Positions 49,601 through 64,000 of a DNA stretch of 64,000 nucleotides are shown here, piece after piece (position 1 is the first letter of the stretch; the number at the start of each line of letters is the position of its first letter). Source of the stretch: Paraspadella gotoi (lineage: Eukaryota; Animalia; Chaetognatha). The notes beneath the pieces are model-generated. The model had not been told where the DNA came from. It was given only the letters and a program-made list of their open reading frames with translations, and searched no databases. The DNA is taken from assembly GCA_051294375.1 (NCBI GenBank), contig CM119266.1:10720995-10784994 (forward strand), read 5' to 3'. Both the position numbers and the translations under genes were made by a program.

Positions 49601-51554
49601 AAAAAGAAAAGAAAAAAAAAAAACCGCGGATGGGCGCTTGGATTCGAAAAAATAATTGTCAGCACCAGTTGCAAAATCAGCGTCCTTCGCTACTCGGAAG
49701 ACTTAACGTTCGTCCGAGTACCGTTTTTTTTTTAAAAGTTTTTTTTTTATATTATGATCTAATGTTTTAACAGATAATCATTAGCATATTGTTTAACGAA
49801 GATAAATAAAAATATGTGATAGCATGAGAGTTTCGCCGGATCGACGCACGGAGGGACGTGACGTCGCACGCGGGAGAACCTTTTTTTAGACACCATGAAA
49901 TCGATGTCGGAAATTCGACGACGTGCAAACAGGATCAACGTTCATAAAATACGAAAAAAAAAGTGAAAACTTCTAAGGAAAAAAAAACCGGCGGGTTCGT
50001 AATATGTCTTAAAAAAGTTTAACAATTATTCTTTTTATTCTTTTGTTTTTTTTTTCTCTTCCGTCGTTGACATCTTTAATACCGGTCTCGTATACACTGA
50101 AAAAAAAAAATTCGAGAGCAAGTGTTCAGAGTTGAAAACATTGAAAGAAAATTCGTAACTTGAACTTCTTATCGTCGAAACACATATACACGCTTGGTTA
50201 GAGGTCACAAATGGCTTGCTTTGATCAATAAATATCAGTAACAATCAAAATATATATATCAACAGAATCTAGACTTGACTAGGCCTGGCAATACAGAGCG
50301 ATGATGACTGTCGTTTCGTAGGCTTCCTCCTAGCTGCTCCATCGGACATTGTTTCTTTTATAGTATTATTTTCATGATTCTGCGTTTGGTTTATTTAAAA
50401 AGTAATTTTATGTCTTGATCTTTTGTTAATTTTTTCCCCATAGATGGCGAAAGAATCGCCGAGAAAAAAAAGGAACATCTTCAGCGTCTCTCTTCTTTGA
50501 GCGAGGATATTTTGTTGCTTCCAAAATGATTTTTTCTAGAAGCGGGAGTCGACAGATTCGTAAAAAAATAGAAAGGAAAAAATATTTACAATAGTGTCAC
50601 GGGGTTATATATAGCGTGGATTATACGATAGGTAGGTAGCGGAAACGGAAAAGAAAAAGGACGTGAGAGAGAGACACTCAATTGCACACTAATTCGTATA
50701 AAGATTACGAGAACTAAAAAGAAAAGCCAGAATATACGGGAACAATTTTTTTTTTCGTATTACGACAAGGAACATGACTTAAACCACCAGACTTGTAGTA
50801 GGCAACGAAGAAACACGTAACAAATAAACCTCGTTTTAATTTAAAAGAAAAAGGAAAAATTCCTTCTATTAAACATTTATACTTCTTTTTTTTTTATGAC
50901 TAATCGAGGGTCAAACCGCGAAAATCCTCTTTTTTGCTCGAAATTTCGCGCTCTTTTTTTAATATTTTTTATTAGTGACAGCGGTGCTGAAAGCGTGATG
51001 GTAAGAAGTTAACAATATCAGGACGATTTTTTCCTGTTTTTGCTTAATATCCCGATTTTTTTTTGCAATAATTAAGGCAGTTGAACGCGTTCGCGTGATT
51101 GTCAATTTAATGAGTCAAGACTAGGAATCATGATTGCAAAAGTGACTTTTTTTAGGGAAAAGACGACCGCGCGTGAGGGAGAATCAGAAAGATAAAAAAA
51201 ACTTTTTAAAAACGAAATATTATGATAAACTTGGCGAGTAATACTGTAGATGACAAAGCCATAATCCTCTTTCGCCCCTTTTTTTTTTATCAACCCTCTC
51301 AAATTGTATATTCAGTTTCATATTCAGTATATTAAACAGTTTCTTTCTTTTTCTCTTGGTCTCGGTTGCAGCGTCTCTTTTCCGTCTCTAATTTCGTTGA
51401 CTGCGCGAATATATCGTTAAAAAAACGATAGATAATTGAAATAAAAAATTAAAAAAAAAACAAAAAAAACATGAGGTCACGCGACGCTCTTTTTCCGTTT
51501 CCTTTAAAAGGAGAATTAAGGGGCGATCACGTGACCCCATGACGGGATTCACTG

Positions 51555-61130
<9,576 letters not shown>

Positions 61131-62196
61131 CTGTGGGCGAGGGTGGGTGGAAGAAAATTAATCGTTAATCTAGTTGGCAATTGTTTGTATTCTATCGTTA
61201 AAAAAAATACTAGTTACATTACTGAACGATCTTCGTATTGTTAAGTTTGAGAAAATCTCCGCCTCAATCGGTACATATTTTTTTAAGACAATGAATATAA
61301 TAAATAAAAGTTATATTAAACGACGATGAGTTTGTATCTATTTCTTTCCAACGAGATTCTAAGCGACATAAGAATTAGGTACAACCAATATAACATTTTT
61401 TAATTAATTGATCGTCTGACTTGACCCTGAATTTTGGACACTGTCGACTAGCATATGTGATTGACGAGAATTTTAAGACAAACGCAGAGTGTCCAAAAAT
61501 TTTTATCCAACCGACCACGCCGTAAATAAGAATAGTATGTCGCAAGCAATTAAGGACAAGCATCGCGGGAAAGCTCTCTCGTTCAGCCCCGTAACTCCCA
61601 CCCGGTTCGACGGCCAACCCACTTCCCGGGCCTTCCCCCTAATTCACGCCCCCTCTTTCGGACGTCGTTCCCAAAGATTTTTTTTCCCTCCTCAACGCGA
61701 CTTGGTGTTTTTCCACCGGGGAATTCAAGCTGGGGGGGTAAGGGCGAGGTAAACAGCGTCGTAACCATGACGACGACGGCGACGACGACCTCGGGACTCG
61801 GAGCGCGCATCCATGCAACTCAATTTCCTCGTCCCGAATTCGATTTGAAACTCATGGAGAAGGAAGGAGAGAGGGGGAAAGAGGGGGGGGAGAAAGTTGG
61901 AGAGGGGAGTGGGACAGGGAGACGGGAGGGGGAGGGTGGAAAAAGGACAGAGAAGGGGGAAGATAGGGAGAAGAAAGGGGAGGAAGGGAAAGAAAAACCG
62001 GAAGGACGAGGGGTTTTTTTTTTAACAAGCGGGGGTAAGGAAAACCAAATTCTTAGTTTTAATTGTTATATAATATATATATATGGATACGGATATGGTT
62101 GTGATGTGTTTAGAGCTTGTTTTTGATAATAGATGTATTTAATTTTTTATCCCCACTTCTACGTTTTTTTCTGGGCGGGTTGTTTGGATCTCCTAT

Positions 62197-62253
<57 letters not shown>
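62197..62253. repeat. (GTC)n microsatellite
   Basis: Perfect trinucleotide run. Confidence 0.95.
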
Positions 62254-62648
62254 TGGGTCTTCGTTTCATTTCGAAAACTCGTTGACGGCCACAATGGCCG
62301 ACTAATCCTTGGGGGCGCCGCACCGCGCCGCACCGCGCAGCCCCGCGCCGCACAGGGCCACGACGCCGCCGCCAGCGCCAGACTTCTATTTTCGGTCGTC
62401 GAGCACTTCGACTGACCGCGGTCCAAACCGTTGACTGCGCTCACTTTAATCACCTCCTACTTCCTACTACGAGTTTGGTCTATGTCTATCCGCCTTCTTT
62501 CCGTCTATTAATCAGTCTGTCTTTCTATCCGTCTGTCTGTCAGTCGGTTTTTCCAACTTCCTTTCCAACGTCCAAGAGCCAAGAATGGGAAGGAACCCGT
62601 CTAAAGAAAGTGTTTATTTCAGACGTGCGTTTTAGTGAGGGAGAAAAA

Positions 62649-62705
<57 letters not shown>

Positions 62706-63508
62706 CTCTCTCTTCTCTCTCTCTCTCTCTCTTCTTTCTCTCTCTCTCTCTCTCTCTCTCTCCCACCCTCCCTCCTCCTTCCCTCACCACTTCTCCTCAT
62801 CTCTCACCCCCTTCCCTTCTTGATTGCATCTGGAACCTTTAAAACGAAAACTAATCAGGACTAAATGGGTCGATTTCTTGTCAGTCGCGGAAACGCGGGG
62901 GTGAAAATAGATTCGGAGCGGAAGTGAAAAAGAGGGTGGAAGAAACGGGAGGGGGAGAGGAGAAAGAGGGTGGTATGTGGTGGTAGTCAAAAAGAGGTGG
63001 GTGGTGGCAAGGAAAATGCGGGTTAAAATCAAGGAGGGGGTTGCGGAAAGAACCATTTGTTTGACGAGGAAGTTAAAAACAGAAAATGGTTTAAAAAAGG
63101 AAAAGGAAAGGAAACGTTCGAAAAGAAAACTGGAGAATCCATGAAACAAGTTGTGTAATTCATCCTAAAATGAAACTATTTTTAGTTCGTTATCTAATTA
63201 ATTTTATAAAAGGCTGTATATAATCAAGAAGAAACCAGTTCTTCGATCCCAAAAACAACAGCCAGCGAAAACTTCCTTCTCTCGCTTTTGATAAGTTGTA
63301 AAAACCGTGAGAAGTTCTGCTTCTTTCTCTCTTTCTTTCTTTCTTCTTTTCTTTTTCTTTTCCAGACTCTGCAATCTTGAAAGCGAAATCGACTTCCTGC
63401 TCCGTCGGCCCGCCTGCATCCTCTGCGACCCCTGCCGCTCCTGCGTCCCCCGACTCCTCGCGCCAAGAACGAAGTCTGCTTCCTTTTTTAGCAAATTGCG
63501 GTGGCAGA

Positions 63509-63629
<121 letters not shown>

Positions 63630-64000
63630 CCCTCAATTATTCCCACTTTAATCTGCATTCTTTATCCCCTTTTCGCCCACGAGTCGACCGACTTGGCCGA
63701 CGTGGCCGACTTGGCCGCCACCCTTGGTTCTACTCCCACTCCATTTACCACTTGTAATTTCTCCTCTTGTCCTCTTTCCTATGTCCTATATCTTAATAGT
63801 CCTATATCCTTGATTGTCCTTTTTTGTTTACTTCTCTATTGATCCTTTTTATTTCCATGCTTCCATGTCCTCTCACGCTTTTTTCATTCCATCCCTTTCT
63901 TCCTTCTCCTCTTCCTTTACTGACTTTCTTCACCCTCAATCTGGTTTCATCATCTTTTTCCTCCTCCTCCTCCTCCTTCTCCTGCTCCTCCTCCTCCTCC

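Noticed and set aside
63650-63750. KH-like QVGRLVGEKG peptide on the - strand as a PCBP KH2 exon
   Set aside because: Arises from a 9-bp tandem repeat, stops within a few codons and lacks splice sites.

Overview
Animal (bilaterian) genomic DNA: AT-rich, intron-containing, draft assembly with N gaps and noisy long-read fill. Three protein genes are supported. (1) A 10-exon Enhancer of polycomb gene (EPC1/2-like, + strand, 2842-9114, about 1498 aa). (2) An intronless MYND-zinc-finger/DUF4470-like gene (+, 44947-46682) broken by two +1 frameshifts that are probably sequencing errors. (3) The 3' half of a poly(rC)-binding protein gene (PCBP/mub-like, - strand, 51555-61130, KH3 visible; KH1/KH2 exons not found in the window). 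A mir-315 precursor matching the conserved mature sequence lies at about 43119-43204, at the end of a 23-kb non-coding stretch with + strand splice signals that may be its host transcript. The 9.9-21.4 kb intergenic region is a nest of mobile elements: Helentron-type non-autonomous elements, TA-flanked foldback MITEs, MITEs carrying telomere-like repeats, tRNA-derived SINE-like sequence, and Penelope-like insertions with a GIY-YIG remnant, minimal hammerhead ribozyme motifs and 13-bp target duplications. The apparent 3-kb tandem repeat at 24.5-33.3 kb is most likely a gap-filling artefact. All family assignments are by eye and from memory of consensus sequences; no search was run.
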